Assembly (NCBI RefSeq): GCF_000181795.1
Contig: NW_003526943.1
Location: 124,001-186,917, forward strand
Reading direction: 5' to 3'
DNA: 62,917 nt
Origin: Trichinella spiralis
Taxonomy: Eukaryota
Both the position numbers and the translations under genes were made by a program. The notes under the pieces are model-generated. The model ran no database searches, had not been told where the DNA came from, and saw nothing but the letters and a program-made list of their open reading frames with translations. Shown here in pieces: positions 1 to 13,781 of this stretch (positions are counted from its first letter, which is position 1; each line of letters opens with the position of its first letter).

Positions 1-455
1 TTTTTATTGTTTCAAATAATAATTTACACTATAATTTGTAATAGTGAGTGAGATCAAAGATGCTGTTTTGTTAAAAACTTTTCGAACAATCTCATTGAAA
101 AAGAATCAGAATGCCTGATTCATTAATTAACTGAAATACTGATCAACTCAAACTTTTAACGGCACTTGAAAATAAATATTGAGCATGGTATACTTTATAG
201 TTACAGCATTTGATTAATGGTTTTTATTTAAACTTTAAAAACTGTTATTGTCAAAGATAAAAACTATTATTCTACTTATTGCAATTAGCAAATCCAACGA
301 CATAACTACATCATTTAATAAATCTCTTTAATATTTATTCAAAAAACAAGAAAAACATTTTCCAATAAAATGCTGTATATGAGTTTCATAGGAAATTATA
401 GCATTATGCAAAATAATTAAATCAGTTTTTGAAACAATAAAAAGCAGTAACGGGA

Positions 456-1811
456 TCAATTATAAGAAGTATTTCGTTGATTTCTGGAATCAGTTTCTGT
501 ACGACTGCACAGCTGATAATTTTTTCCTCTGTTTCTTTCACGTTTGAAAATATCTACGTAAAGTAATGCAGAAACTAACAAGCCAAATACCTGAAACGTG
601 AAAACCCACTATGTATAAGCATATTATAATCTATGAATATGATATTACCTGAATACACGCCAAAAATATACCCATCGCGCCAACAAGTTGCATATGTTCT
701 AATAACCAATCACTAAATGCTTCATAGCATCCCTGAAAGCAAACTTTCAACATTTACAACAAAGAATTCAATATTCTCATAATTTCATGTAGAATAAAAT
801 ATTGAACAGTTTTTTAATTTAAAATATGTTCAGTTCTATCTTGTAAAGATGCATCGTGACAATTCATTTTCCCAATAAAACATTTTCGCTTACCTTTTGG
901 AACAATATGTTCGGCTTATTAATGCGCCCACAATTAATCATGCTTCCATTTTCATGAAAAAATGATGGATCACAGCAACTTTCTGGCACTTTACCAGCCC
1001 AGTCTTTATAACTTTCGGCTCCGCAACATTTAAACTAAAATTAATATAATTATTCGTAAAGTAACTTATATTTTTATATTACAATAAAAATACATACTTT
1101 TGACTGAAGAGTGTCCCAACTGATGCGCAATCCTTTCGAATCACGTGCATGTTCGGATACATACGGTGCAAGAAGATGATTACGCAATTCTAGTCGTATT
1201 ATTTCCGTCATCTACATTAAAAATCAACATTTCATTATGCATATTTTAAATATTATTATACTAACGTAGTAATAACAGTAAAAATTTATGTTCAATTACC
1301 TCGCTTTTATAAATAAAAGCCAAAACTGCTGCTGTTAGTTCAATTATGAATAGCAGTACAACAAGAATCATATACTAAACATTTAAATGTGAGAAATTAA
1401 TGATATATAAACATGTATATATATAATTACTAAAATAATGAAACTGCGATTTTCAGCCCAAACGCCACAGCATCCAACAAAGCCAACAATAATAATTGTG
1501 GCGCCGGCTGCTCCAAATAATGCTGACGCGCTATATGCACCAAATGCATGAGATGTCAAATCTGAATAATCCGTTCTTTCTGTGTATAACCAAATACCTA
1601 TTCCAAGTGAAACAAGACCAAGGATCTATAATGAAAATTTCATGATATAAGTATAACACTTTACATTTTAAATAATATTTTTAAAGGAGTAAAATGTAAA
1701 TTAGCAATAAATACTTACCCAAGTAACAATATTGAAACAATACAAAAAGCTTCGAATGAAAGCAGAAGTGCAGCGAACTTCAAACCACCGTATTAAATTT
1801 AATTTTGGCAT
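456..1811 (-). CDS. Tetraspanin (7 coding exons)
   Basis: Manual splicing gives MPKLNLIRWF..FLYCFNIVTW|ILGLVSLGIGIW..VGFVGCCGVWAENRSFIIL|YMILL..|..WDTLQSK|FKCCGAESYKDW..VPESCC..|GCYEAF..|VFGLLVSALLY..SYN*. It has four TM segments plus the CCG, PxSCC and GC tetraspanin motifs, and all introns are GT-AG. ATG at 1811, TGA at 456-458. Confidence 0.93.
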
Positions 1812-2809
1812 CTGTTGAAATTTGTAGTACATATCAAACATTTCTAAAAAAATACCTAATAATAATATGCACCAAATACTGAATATAAGATCTAACTGCT
1901 TGAATTGCAAAATATCTGAAGTAAAAACAAATCAATTTTCAAAATTTACCAGAATTTTTAGGCAAAAGTGTATTTCAAGAAATTCATATAAAAAACAAAA
2001 TATAAAAACGTTAACATGTTACCTGACTTGAGGTACTGTAATTCAGTGTAATGTACTGTAATTTTAAAAATGAAGTATCAATAAATTCAATTTCTTTATA
2101 TGAAAATTATGTTTTTAAAACATTAAAACAACCCTTAAATATTTTATTGACTATCTCAAAAAATAAAATGTTTCTGAAAACATCTCCCAATACTGGGTTT
2201 TCAAATTATCAAATATTATTATAGCTAATGATTTAAATGAATATTAATTTTAAAAGAACATTTATTTAATTTAAAAAATTTATTGAAATAATATACTACA
2301 CAGAAGTATGAATTAATTGCTCGAATAACATACTTTTTTTAATGAAACGGAAGTTTTATTTCTAAATAAATTGATTAATATAATATTACACGAATCAAAT
2401 TTTATTTCAAAAAATGTTTAATAATAATTTATAGCAAAGAAAGCTTTACTCTTCTTAAGTTAAATAAATTTGTACCTTCAAAAATTATATTCCTACAGTA
2501 ATAAGTGGATTTATTTTTCTTTTACGTTAGACTTTATTTTCACTTGAATATCTAGTCTTTTTTTTTATTAATGTATACATTTGACATGCTTAAAATATGT
2601 AATTGAAGTATAATTAAATTTTAGTATTTATGAAAAATGAATTTTATGTGATTAGTTCCAGTTATTAAATCGGCAGTTTTATTAAAATTAAGATTATATG
2701 TAATTTTTACTTATTATTGAAAGTGAATTATTATCGATTATTGTAATTTTAATGTACCACATGAAATTTTATTCCTAGATTGGAATTTTTTGTCTTTTTT
2801 TAGAAAAAA

Positions 2810-3739
2810 ATGTTGACTGAAACCGTTGCTCAAAATAATGAAAGCACCTTTTCCATGAAAACAGGAGGCCGTTGGGTTCGTTTGAATGTTGGGGGTAGAA
2901 CATTTCTGACTACTCGCCAAACAATTAATCGTTTTCCAGACTCTTTTTTATCAAGTCTTTGTGAAGGTTTGTTACCTTCTGATATGGTAATTGGATTTTT
3001 TAGTTAAAATTTTTTAAATATCATCTTATTTGTTATTATATTTAGGATAGTGAAAATGCCTATTTGATTGATCGAAATCCTGACTATTTTACGCCAGTTT
3101 TGGATTATCTTCGACACGGAAAATTGATCATCAGTAAGCATCTTTCCGAAGAAGGTTATCATCATTATTATTTCATATTATTATATTATTTAATTATAGA
3201 ATGTGAACAGATGAATGTGCATTTCGAATACATAAAATTTATTATTAAAGTATTTAAAATGAAATTCAAAAAAATATAAATAATCACAGTCATATAGTTA
3301 AGAAACAATTAGTTATGGTCTGTAATATTTTAGGGGTTTTGGAAGAAGCAGAGTTTTACAATTTGCCAGGTTTGATTCAACTTTGTAAAGAAAGAATTGC
3401 TCATAGAGATCAGCACAATTCGAAAGTAAAGATACTAATAGTATTGACTTAGCGTTAAATATTTTCATATTTTTTAGAACAAGTTTGTTTACCGTGCATT
3501 ACAGTGCAATGATCGCGAAGTAGCTAGTCTTCTCTCTTCAATGTCAGATGGGTGGAAACTGAAGCAGGTAAGTTGTATTTTTTTGTATTGAAAGTTTTCC
3601 TCGACGAGCTTTTCTTTAGCTGGTGCAGCTGAGTACGGATTCTTGTTATGGACCTGGAACAGAATATTTATGCATTGTTTCGAAGAACTATCGAGAATCC
3701 AGTCCTTCGTTATTTTCTAAGACAGATGATCAGAAGTAA
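2810..3739 (+). CDS. KCTD5: BTB/POZ protein of the KCTD5/KCTD2/KCTD17 (insomniac) class, a Cullin-3 adaptor (5 exons)
   Basis: Exons at about 2810-2986, 3046-3154, 3334-3425, 3478-3567 and 3620-3739. The T1-type BTB reads [50 protein letters not shown]. The KCTD5-type C-terminal domain reads [26 protein letters not shown]. Confidence 0.9.
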
Positions 3740-3885
3740 ACCTGCTTAAGTGAGAATTGTTTCTGCATACAGATGTGAAGTTATTTAAATCAGAATAATA
3801 TTTCTACTGCCGGTTTTTATTTATAAACAATACGTTGGCCTTGTTATAATGAGAATCGTTGCGGTTATGCTTATTTCAAAATGTC

Positions 3886-3918
3886 TTATTCTTTATCATC
3901 AGCGATGATAAAGAATAA
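3886..3918. repeat. Perfect 15-bp inverted repeat (hairpin, 3-nt loop) downstream of the KCTD stop
   Basis: TTATTCTTTATCATC-AGC-GATGATAAAGAATAA; the two arms are exact reverse complements. Confidence 0.9.
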
Positions 3919-4459
3919 TTATGTCACAGTATACTTTGTTTTACACGATATTATTTTTTTATTTTGAAATCAATAAAAAGAGTATCTATTTATCAATTTC
4001 CTTGTTAAAAAGTCTAAATGCATTACAATATATTATTGTATCTGTTATGTTAAGAGTATATCTTCAAATATTTGCTTTCGTGTAAATGGGTTGGATACTG
4101 TGTAATAGAAAATTTGCATTTGAAAACATAAATATTGAAAAAATAAAGTGTATTTCATTTGAGATTATTTTTTAAAGTTTAAACTCGTTTGTCATTTTAG
4201 CATTTTAAAAAGTATTCCTTTGCACAGTAGTCAGTAGTATACTGCGATTTTATTGTATAAATTATTTATTATTCTTAAAATATTTCACTTCTTTTGGTAA
4301 TTAATCAAATGGAAAAATGCATCTTAAAATTGCATAAAGAAAAAAATTTTAAGAACAGGAAATTGATAACACGTCAATGTCTTCTTTATCATAATAATAC
4401 TTTTCTGTTCTTTTGTTTAAAACTGAAAGAAATTTGGAATTCCTTAAGATCATTATTTA

Positions 4460-6744
4460 TCACAAAACTTCTAAATCAACATGACGTATTTCTGGAAAAT
4501 TTTTCTAAAAATACAAATTCATTATTAAAATGTATAAGAGCATAGATGCCCACCTTCAACTCTTGTTCAATTCTGTCAATTTCAGCACCTAAACGATCTA
4601 TAACTTGTTCGCCATGTTCCAGTAAAAAATTCTCCAATTCACCTTCAGTTTGTAATAAATGCACCTCCTAAAAATTTAATCCAGTATCTTCTTCAAGTAT
4701 AAGCATTACATAATACCTGTAAAAGTTTTTTCAAATCTAAAGTTTCTAAATATGCTCTTGTAACATTGCGTCCATCGAAGTCAATTTCAGCTTTAAAACG
4801 AACTTTATTTGTTCCTAGTTTCGTGGCTTTGATGTCATGAATTGCCCTGTAAAAAATATAGTTACATTAATATGCTGGACATCTATGTAAGAACACTGAT
4901 AGAAAAGGGAATATTTTTCACAAGCATCACCTAATCATCACGTCCTCCTCTAAACCATTCACTATTTGTAGTATTTCTTCTTGAGGTATAGATCTAAAAA
5001 TAATGATAATATAAAAGTAATGAAGAGAAATTATTAGAATTTATTAAAGGCTAACCGTCCAACAAGATGATTGGCGTTTGCTTTGATAATCAGTGTAGCA
5101 ACAGCTCCAAGTAAACTACCAATTATCAGAGATCCAACAGCATCTGGTAGCGGATTGTTAAAATAAACCGACATTCCCATACATGTTGCTGCTACACCAA
5201 CTCCAAGTATGGCGGCGAGATCTTCCAAAAATATCACACTTAAACTTGGTTCTTCACTCGAAAGAACTAAACATTTAAAATTCCATGTTGAAATAAAATA
5301 AGTTTTCTAAAAAATATTCTATAAAGAATGCAAAGATTACCATAATTAGTTACTGTCATATTTTCCATTCTTGCTTTTTGACGTAATTCTCTCCATGCCA
5401 AAATAAATGTTCCTAAAGTTGGAAAAATTATTAACCAATATTTATTTGCACATTAATTCAGTTACAACCTCCTTCAGAAATAAAGGATATTCCAAGCAAA
5501 GGAAACGCCTAAAATATCAATCTGAAATAATAACTAGAAATAAGTTTTTTTAAACAATGATTTTGACTAACCCATTGTAGAAATTCAAGAGGTTGAGGAT
5601 GCAATATGCCTTGAACGCCATGATAAAACGAAAGACCCGTACCAAAACAAAATATTCCTACGCCACTAACCAAAGAAGCCACATATTTTGCATTAGAATA
5701 TCCATAACTAAATCATAAAACAACATATAAAACTGATTTGTATACTAAAAGCAAAAATATCATACGGATGCATTGTGTCAGGTTTTCTCACGCTGTGGTA
5801 TATACCAAACGCCAAAATGATCTGAAAATCATTTATGATAAACTTCTTTCACAGTATATATAGATAAATAAAATCAACAGTTAACTTTTGAAAAATGCAT
5901 TAAGCTTATTTTCAAAATAATTTCAAAATACAAAACAAATTAAATAATAAATTTGTAAAAGTGTACCTGATTTAAAGTATCAGCCAAAGAGTGAATAGAT
6001 TCAGCAAAAAGACTGTGCGAACCAGTATGAATCCATAAAAAGAATTTCAAAGAACAATTAATGAAGTTAACAGCGATAGCTGTGAAAACTACATGACTTG
6101 AGCTGATTGTCATCAAACCACGTCGTTCTTTGCTTTGGAAATTAGAAGATGTTCGAATCTGATCAAATCCCAAATGAGAGCTAACTTGCTTAGCACGATT
6201 CAAAGTATTCCGTACAAATTGTTTCTTTTGCAAAGCTTCAATGCTTCCATGAACATTAACAGCCCGAGCAATGACATCTGATTCCAAATACATTATGCAA
6301 GGAGGTTCTCCTATATATGGACTTCGACGAACCTGAAATAAATTTTCAATATCTGTAATATTAAAATATTATTCTATTCATGCAAATCAAAAGATAATAA
6401 GAATAAAAAATACCCTAACAAATAATGAAACATACTTGATGTGGAAGATCTGTCAAATCTTTGGGATTTAAACAGTAATCATTCATTGCACGCACAGCGG
6501 TGATAAGTCGAATGTGATCAACAGATTTCTTTTTCGGTTGAGTTGATTTCTGGTAGAACTTTAATAATAAGTTCCTTGAAAATTGTTGATTCACCTTAGG
6601 AGATGTTATTTTTTTCGCAACTTTCCCCTTATCATTTTTTGATTGTTCTGATACTGAACATAACAATAATCGTGTTCCAGAAATGCATCGAATATTTTTG
6701 CCTTCAACAATAACTGAAAATACTTTTACAATTGACTTTAACAT
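4460..6744 (-). CDS. SLC30A9: Mitochondrial zinc transporter ZnT9 (cation diffusion facilitator), multi-exon
   Basis: The N-terminal ZnT9 domain reads ITAVRAMNDYCLNPKDL..RRSPY..MYLESDV. CDF motifs are TGSHSLFAESIHSLADTLNQ, HPYGYSN, IFLEDLAAILGV and IHDIKATKLG..RFKAEIDFDG. The C-terminus is HGEQVIDRLGAEIDRIEQELK|KNFPEIRHVDLEVL*. The ATG at 6744 is the likely start. Confidence 0.95.
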
Positions 6745-9123
6745 ATTAGTTGCATCTACCGTAGCAGTAACCAGATTTTCTGATGAAAAAATAAAAAATT
6801 CATTATCGTAAATGCAATCCAAAAACTGACTTCAGGACTACAAAGTGGCAGTTTCTTAGAAAGCATTAAAAGCCTAAAATTATAAAAGCAAATTATTATA
6901 AACTTTTAATATTATACAACACGCTTTAATAATATACATACATATACGTAAAAATCTATTTTAATAGATAATTCACCTTTCTTATGACTATTCATTTGAC
7001 TTTTATTTTATTATAAGTAGGATAAAGAAATTCAGACAAAAACTGAAATACAAAATAAGACTAGCCAAAATTCAAAGTAATTACATATCCTACTTTTATT
7101 AATACTAATCAGTTACCATAACTTCATTTTTCCATATTAAGCTAAATGAAATTAAGTTTTTTACATGTAATTAGCAAAACATTAAAATAAGAAGAAATAA
7201 TATCCGATCAAAATTTTTCATCAAAAATAAAATAAAAGTAACTCACATAACTCAATGAATTAAAAAATAAAAATATTAAGAACTGTATGTTAGTGAGAAA
7301 CGCCTCGCCTAAAACAGTCTGAAGACATATCACCTATTAACTGAATAACAAAGCAATCAATGCGTCATCAAGCATTATTTTAATATCCATAAAAAATTCG
7401 ATTAATTCAACCGCTGTTTTTCTTAAAATTCCCAGATTTAGAAAAAATAAAATACATTCATTTTATCAAAACTACGGTAAGCAGCTACCAACAACACTAA
7501 TTCATCAACGAAAAAAATTACTGTTATGAAAATTATCACATACTGAAGTTGTCACAAGGCATCAATTGCCACAAAATTATGCATGTAGAGAATTACCAAA
7601 AAACTATACATATGAAGAGCCACTAAAATTCTCCATTATTAAATGAATTTAAATTATACTAAAATAATCAGGCAGTGACAATGATAACAGGCAATAATAT
7701 CAGTAGTCAAAATAACACTTAAATTTATAAACATTCATTATAAACATTATAGAAAAATTAAAATTAATAAAATATAATTTTCATATTTTTCATTTTGAAA
7801 CTTTTTATTTATATATTTATTAATATAATATTTATAATAAAAATAGAGGAGCTTACTTATGAAGTTTAAGTATCGTAAAACTTTAAGGTGAACAATCTTT
7901 CCACTTTATCTTACAATTTGAAGCAGATAACATGAAACAGTGTAAATCTCATAAAATATTCCCTAGGTGTTTCAGACGTTCAATCTTTTAAATAACAGAT
8001 GCAAATGTAATTAAGATAGCAATCAACAGTATCTAAAAAATTGTTTTTATAACATGCAAATCCAACATTTCAATACAGTAATAAAGAATAATTAAGGAAG
8101 AATTCATTTTTTGATCCTAAGCTCAATGAATGAATTCGATAATGCATAATGCATAAAATATATACAATATAAATAAATAATTATAAATTTTATATTTAAA
8201 TTAATTTAAACAAATGAAACTTTTAATCTAACATTGCATAGCTATTATTTATTTATTATATATCGTTAGTTGGTTGTTTACTGTTTATTTGTTTTTAGAT
8301 TGAATAAAAATTACTGAAAATATTAATTTAACGAATATATTTTTTTCACACTTTCAAGGTAAACCAATAAATATTTATAAATATAAGTCAAGGTTTTAAA
8401 CCGAATTCATGGGTTTAATTTTCTTAATTGAAATCTAAGTAAAATGATTAATAAACGCCATTTATATTATGCGGTGCTTTTCAGCTTTTAGATTTAATAT
8501 TAATTTTAAATTAAATCTAAACTTTAAATTTATTTAATGTTTAATCGCAAAGTTTTGTTCTCTCGCCAACCATTTGAAAGTTTCATTCAAGTTAGATTTT
8601 ATATTCATTTTATATAATAAGTTTTGTTAAAAGAACGCGGGTTTTGTAAGATAAGCTTCATTGGATATAAATTTTTAAGTGCTTGCATGTAAAAAATGCC
8701 TACAGAAGTAACACTATTTTATCAAATAACAACGCATATTATAAAGCTTGAAAAATGAAATTAAAAATAATAAAAAAGTTTATATAGCATAATATAATAT
8801 AATATAATATTATATTATATTATATAATTCAAAGCTATATTAGTGTTGGTTAATGCTTTCTTTCTGTATTCTAACCTAACTGTCAATAATGTTTTGTACT
8901 TTATTTGTGCCAAGTAATTAAAATTCCCAATTATTAATTGTATGCATACACATAGAAAGATCAGGAAAGTTTACAACAGTCATAACATTATTTATTCTTA
9001 TTCTTATTTTTTTAGTCGGTATGGCATACAAACCATCCGAAAATAAAAGCATATAAGTTGCAAAGAATTTAGAAAATTCTTTTTTTTCTAATTTAAAATT
9101 CATTTTTAGAAATTTTTATAACA

Positions 9124-10084
9124 ATGAGACCCCTTACTGAAGAAGAAATGGAAGCAGTATTGAAAAAGCTTCTGAAATTGTAAGCAGTAAAGTTTTTAAT
9201 GGCTTTTATAAACAGACTTTTATTAAATATGTTATGTATTTTTTTTATATTTGCATAATTTATTTAGCGTTGGAGATAATATTCGTCATCTGATTAACAG
9301 ATCAGATGGAATTTACGTTTTCCGGCTTCATAAAGACCGTGTTTATTATTCCAGGTGAGCATTTTAAATCTTTTCCTGCATGTAATTTTATAACCTTAGA
9401 TGTTTCTCTATGTTTTAAGCGAATCTATTTATTATCATATTACGTTAAAAATGACTGTTAACTGTTGAAAAGTTAATTTTTTGAAAGCTGTGAACTGTAA
9501 TGATTTTATTCGTTTGCATTGTAATGAATTGATCATTTGATTCAGTATATGAATTTGAATTACAGCGAAACGCTGATGAAACAGGCAACGGCTTTTAGTA
9601 TGAATGAAATAATAGCATTTGGCACTTGTATTGGAAAGTTTACAAAGACAAAAAAATTTCATCTTACAATTACAGCTTTGGACGTAATTGTACCATACTG
9701 CAAAGTAATTTACATTTACCTTACGGCTTTCTTTTTATACAATAATCTTTATATTAACAGTGTAAAGTGTGGGTAAAGGCAAATGCTGAGCAGTCATTTT
9801 TGTACGGAAATCATATTTTGAAGGCTGGTGTAGGGAGAATTACAGATGATGTTGAGCCAAATGCAGGAATTATTGTTTATAATATGACTGATATGCCTTT
9901 GGTATATATTTTTCATTTACGTTTTCATGTAGCCTTTTAACTATTATTTAAAATTAATATTTAGGGATTTGGGATTGCATCAAAATCAACTTCGGATATC
10001 CGAAAATCTGATCCATCTGCTGTAGCAGTAATTAACATTGCCGACATTGGGCAGTACGTGCGCGATGAACAACATATCATATAA
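9124..10084 (+). CDS. NIP7: 60S ribosome biogenesis protein NIP7 (5 exons)
   Basis: [59 protein letters not shown]..|[57 protein letters not shown], which matches the conserved NIP7 PUA protein. Confidence 0.96.
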
Positions 10085-10548
10085 TTTGACATTTGCTACG
10101 TTATTTGTTTATCACATTGTTGTTCTTAATTTCGTTGTTTATCCATTTCATTTGTTAAATTAAAATCTCTTCATATAAATTGTATATGTGTGACTGGAAC
10201 AAATTAGCACAGTTGGAGAAATTTTGCGATGTCAGTAATATAAAAATGAAACAAAATATTCATGAAAAATTAGAATATTAGAATTTATAAAATTCAGTTT
10301 TATTATTCATAACGTTTTTAACAAAAGACTTTAAATGGCTAACAGAAATCACTTGAATAATGCTTTCACACAAAATTGCCTACAACAGTCAAAGTACAGT
10401 AAGGAAAATTAGGTTGAAATGAATCATAAGAATTTACTAAAAAAATTTACTGAATTGAAATTATATTAAAAGCACAGTGATGTAAAATATTTCTTTAAAT
10501 CATTTACGACGTTCTACTCTTCTATGAGTAACAATTTATAATAATCTG

Positions 10549-11208
10549 CTATTCACGTCGAAGATTTTCAAGGCGTGCTTGTAAGTTGGCATCAGCATCA
10601 GCCAAAGCTGTTTGTTCTTTTCCCGTAACAGGCGAAACAGTACTTGCAGCAGGTGGTAGCTTGTTAAGCTCTTCGTTAAACTGAATACCCAATTCATCAA
10701 GCACTTGACTTACTATGGCATCAGTTTCTTCTTCATCACCTTCATCAGCCATAGCATCATCTATTGCATCGTTCATCATTTCTTCTTTCATTTCCATTAA
10801 GTCTGACTGTCTTTCAAAATCATTCATTATTCTCTGAATTTGAGGCAGTTTCAACTGTTGATTCATACTCATCATCGCTTTAGTAACGCCTTTCATAGCT
10901 TGAGCCATTGCATCTTGCGACTTTAATGTCTGAATTTTCAATGACACTGCCTGAATGTTTGCACGCATCATGATGAATTTCTTTACGTAACGCCGGGTGC
11001 GCACTAGATCCTTAGCCATCACTTTTACAGCATCCATTTGACCTGCTTTGGCCATCTTTTTTATATCGATAATTATTTTTTTCTCTTGGTTTTCCAAATG
11101 CATTTTTTCTCTATCTAAATCCCTCATAGCACGGTTCAAAGCCCGCTGATTTTGACGCAACATTTCTTGAGGCGTTTTGCGCCTACCAAATAGGAAATCC
11201 AAAGCCAT
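10549..11208 (-). CDS. CHMP2A: ESCRT-III subunit CHMP2A / VPS2 (single coding exon)
   Basis: 219-aa ORF with DFLFGRRKTPQEMLRQNQRALNRAMRDLDRE.., AVSLKIQTLKS and a C-terminal MIM1 motif ADANLQARLENLRRE. Confidence 0.97.
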   Translation of the reverse strand: MALDFLFGRRKTPQEMLRQNQRALNRAMRDLDREKMHLENQEKKIIIDIKKMAKAGQMDAVKVMAKDLVRTRRYVKKFIMMRANIQAVSLKIQTLKSQDAMAQAMKGVTKAMMSMNQQLKLPQIQRIMNDFERQSDLMEMKEEMMNDAIDDAMADEGDEEETDAIVSQVLDELGIQFNEELNKLPPAASTVSPVTGKEQTALADADANLQARLENLRRE

Positions 11209-13064
11209 TTTTAGTTATGAGCTTTACTAGGAAAATGACAATTCGCCAGTCAGTAGAAAAGAAAAGACAAAAATTCTAAACAATCGAATTCTTTTACCAG
11301 ATTATATAAAATATTAAAAATTACTTACTAATAGTCATTCCTTTTATATTAATACTTAAAGCTAACTTGAGTGTACTTTCTACTATAAAAAGAAGTAAAT
11401 GTTGAATTCAATTTTTTAACGGTATAATTTTTACTTACAGTATCATAAAAGATAGAAAATCAAGAATTATTTATATTTTATTGCTAGAAGTTGACCTCTA
11501 ATGCATCCACTAAATAAAACTGTTAATTAATTTTATATTTATTTATAAATTAATTTTTTAATTAAATAATAATTTTATTTATGCTTTCATATTATTTCAT
11601 TAACTCTTTTACGTTTTTTTAGCATAAAATTGAATGTCTAAAATAATATGAAGACACACTTTCATATTTCTGCCTGTTTGTCAAGATATTTTTAAACTAG
11701 CATACGACAGATTATTTTTATTGTGTGATGTTAAAATTATTATTCAATTTCATGGTCATATGCATCATTAAATGCACAAAACAGAAGTGGTACTTTTGAA
11801 GAACAACATCTTTCAGTTTTGTATGCCAGCGTGAAAAAATTAAAAAGATGCATGTCTGCCTAAAATAGCAGCTAACTATTTATTTAATACTGACTATGTA
11901 AGTTAACTTTTTATTTAAATTGTTGATAATGCTTGAAAAAAGAATTTAAAATAACAAACATAAATGTTTTGCAAGATTAATATGGTAAAAAGTATTTCCA
12001 TTTTTTAGCAGATGATTACCTTTAAAAACTTCATTTGTGGTAAAATTTATATTTGCTTGTATTTGTGATGTTTGAAGGAATAAATTGCATTGCTTATCAA
12101 AAAATGAGTAACAACATTACACATGAATAAATCAGCAGTAACAAAAATGCAATTCTAATTAAGTTTTATCTTACACTGGTTTTACTGCTTTGTTGCTCAC
12201 TTTAATGTTAATCACAAAGCTGCTTTATGTAATGTCTAATTACTATAAATATAAGTATTCTGAAAGTTTCTGAATAATTTTAACAAACACAGGTTTCACT
12301 GAATATTTAATTTTTTTAATTTAAAATATGAATGTTATATTTAAAAGTTGAATGAATTTTAACAAATAATAATTTTTAATTTTAAACTACTAAAAAGTGG
12401 AAGAATTTACATTCAGATTTTAGATAAACCAAAGTTATTTGCTTTCTTAAACATTGTGTTAGAAGCGAAAATACTCATAAAAATCATGCCATTTTCTCTA
12501 TTGATTTTGTGTCAGTTTATGCTGTCATATGAAGTTTCTTATTCAGCCCATTTATTTAATACGAAGTGTCATTCTAAAATTATTCTCAATGAAATGTATC
12601 ATAATACGCTGTGGTGTGCAAGTAATTAAACTGAAGAAATTTTGATTTTAATAAAAAATTTTATGAAGAATAAAATTATAATTTTAGATTAATCATTCTA
12701 ATGATAAAATTAACAATAAAAAAGTATTTAATGAAATGGTTTTATGTTTTTCATATTTGAATATAAATAACTTCAAACGTTTAAATTTTTCAGATTTTTC
12801 ATAATAGGAATGATTTTAAAAATCAAGCATTAATAATAAATATTGTCACTGAAAAAATTTTAAGCAGAAAGAAATGTTTATGAAGCGCTTATTCAGTTTA
12901 ATGAAATGTAAATATTATTTTTAATGTTCCAATTTTTCAAAATTGCTAAAACTTTTTAAATAAAATGTGGAATTTCAAACAGCACTGTATATGCACATTC
13001 ATATCTTGCATAATTATTATATTTATTTTGTTGATGCAGACATTATTGTAATTATACGTTATTG

Positions 13065-13105
13065 TATCATATCATATCATATCATATCATATCATATCAT
13101 ATCAT
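13065..13105. repeat. (ATATC)n microsatellite
   Basis: About 8 tandem TATCA units. Confidence 0.9.
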
Positions 13106-13433
13106 TTGTGTTAGTATTAATAATACTTTATTTTATTAGTGCTACCTGGTGCCATCTTAATGAAGACGCCTGTTTCATGAATGCAGCAAACTTTGATTTT
13201 CAAAGTGGCTACTAACAGGCAGTGGTTTATGCAGATGGCTGATGTTGCGTTAAAGATTTACTGAAATAGGCAATAAAAACGTCAGTGATCATTAATAAGT
13301 TTATTTTTGGCAGAAAAAATGTAAATACTCCACAAACAATGAATTACAAATGAAATATTTTCTAAATTACAAAATGAACAAATAACAAATAATTAAGTGA
13401 AAGGCACGACTTGTTTCGCAAAGTTAACTGCTG

Positions 13434-13781
13434 CTATTTCGTTATGCAAATCGTTTCTTGCAAAAGTGATGCATTGGACAATTTATTTGAGTTTATAACA
13501 GTCAAAGAAGTGGAATAATTGGAAGGAGGCAGTGCTATGGCAGGTGCACTTTCACAGTTGAAAAGTCGTTTGCCAAATTTTGCTCTTTTAAGCCGTCTTT
13601 TAATGCGCTTCATGATCCAACGGACAGCAACTTTGGCGAGCAATATTCCAAGCATGGCGCTGAGAACAACTGCAATGCATATTCCAACCATTGGATCGTA
13701 ACGAACAAACAGATCTTCATCTGATCGAGGTGGATTGTGCTCTTGAAAATCTCGCTTTTCAAAGGCACGATAAAGATCCAT
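13434..13781 (-). CDS. Small (about 115 aa) single-pass membrane protein of unknown function
   Basis: The ATG at 13781 opens MDLYRAF..EDLFVRYDPMVGICIAVVLSAMLGILLAKVAVRWIMKRIKRRLKR.., with one clear TM helix followed by a basic juxtamembrane cluster. Local GC is higher than the flanks. Confidence 0.65.
   Translation of the reverse strand: MDLYRAFEKRDFQEHNPPRSDEDLFVRYDPMVGICIAVVLSAMLGILLAKVAVRWIMKRIKRRLKRAKFGKRLFNCESAPAIALPPSNYSTSLTVINSNKLSNASLLQETICITK

Noticed and set aside
9480..9550. Possible C/D snoRNA in NIP7 intron 2
   Set aside because: There is no exact RTGATGA/CTGA box pair, only weak terminal complementarity.
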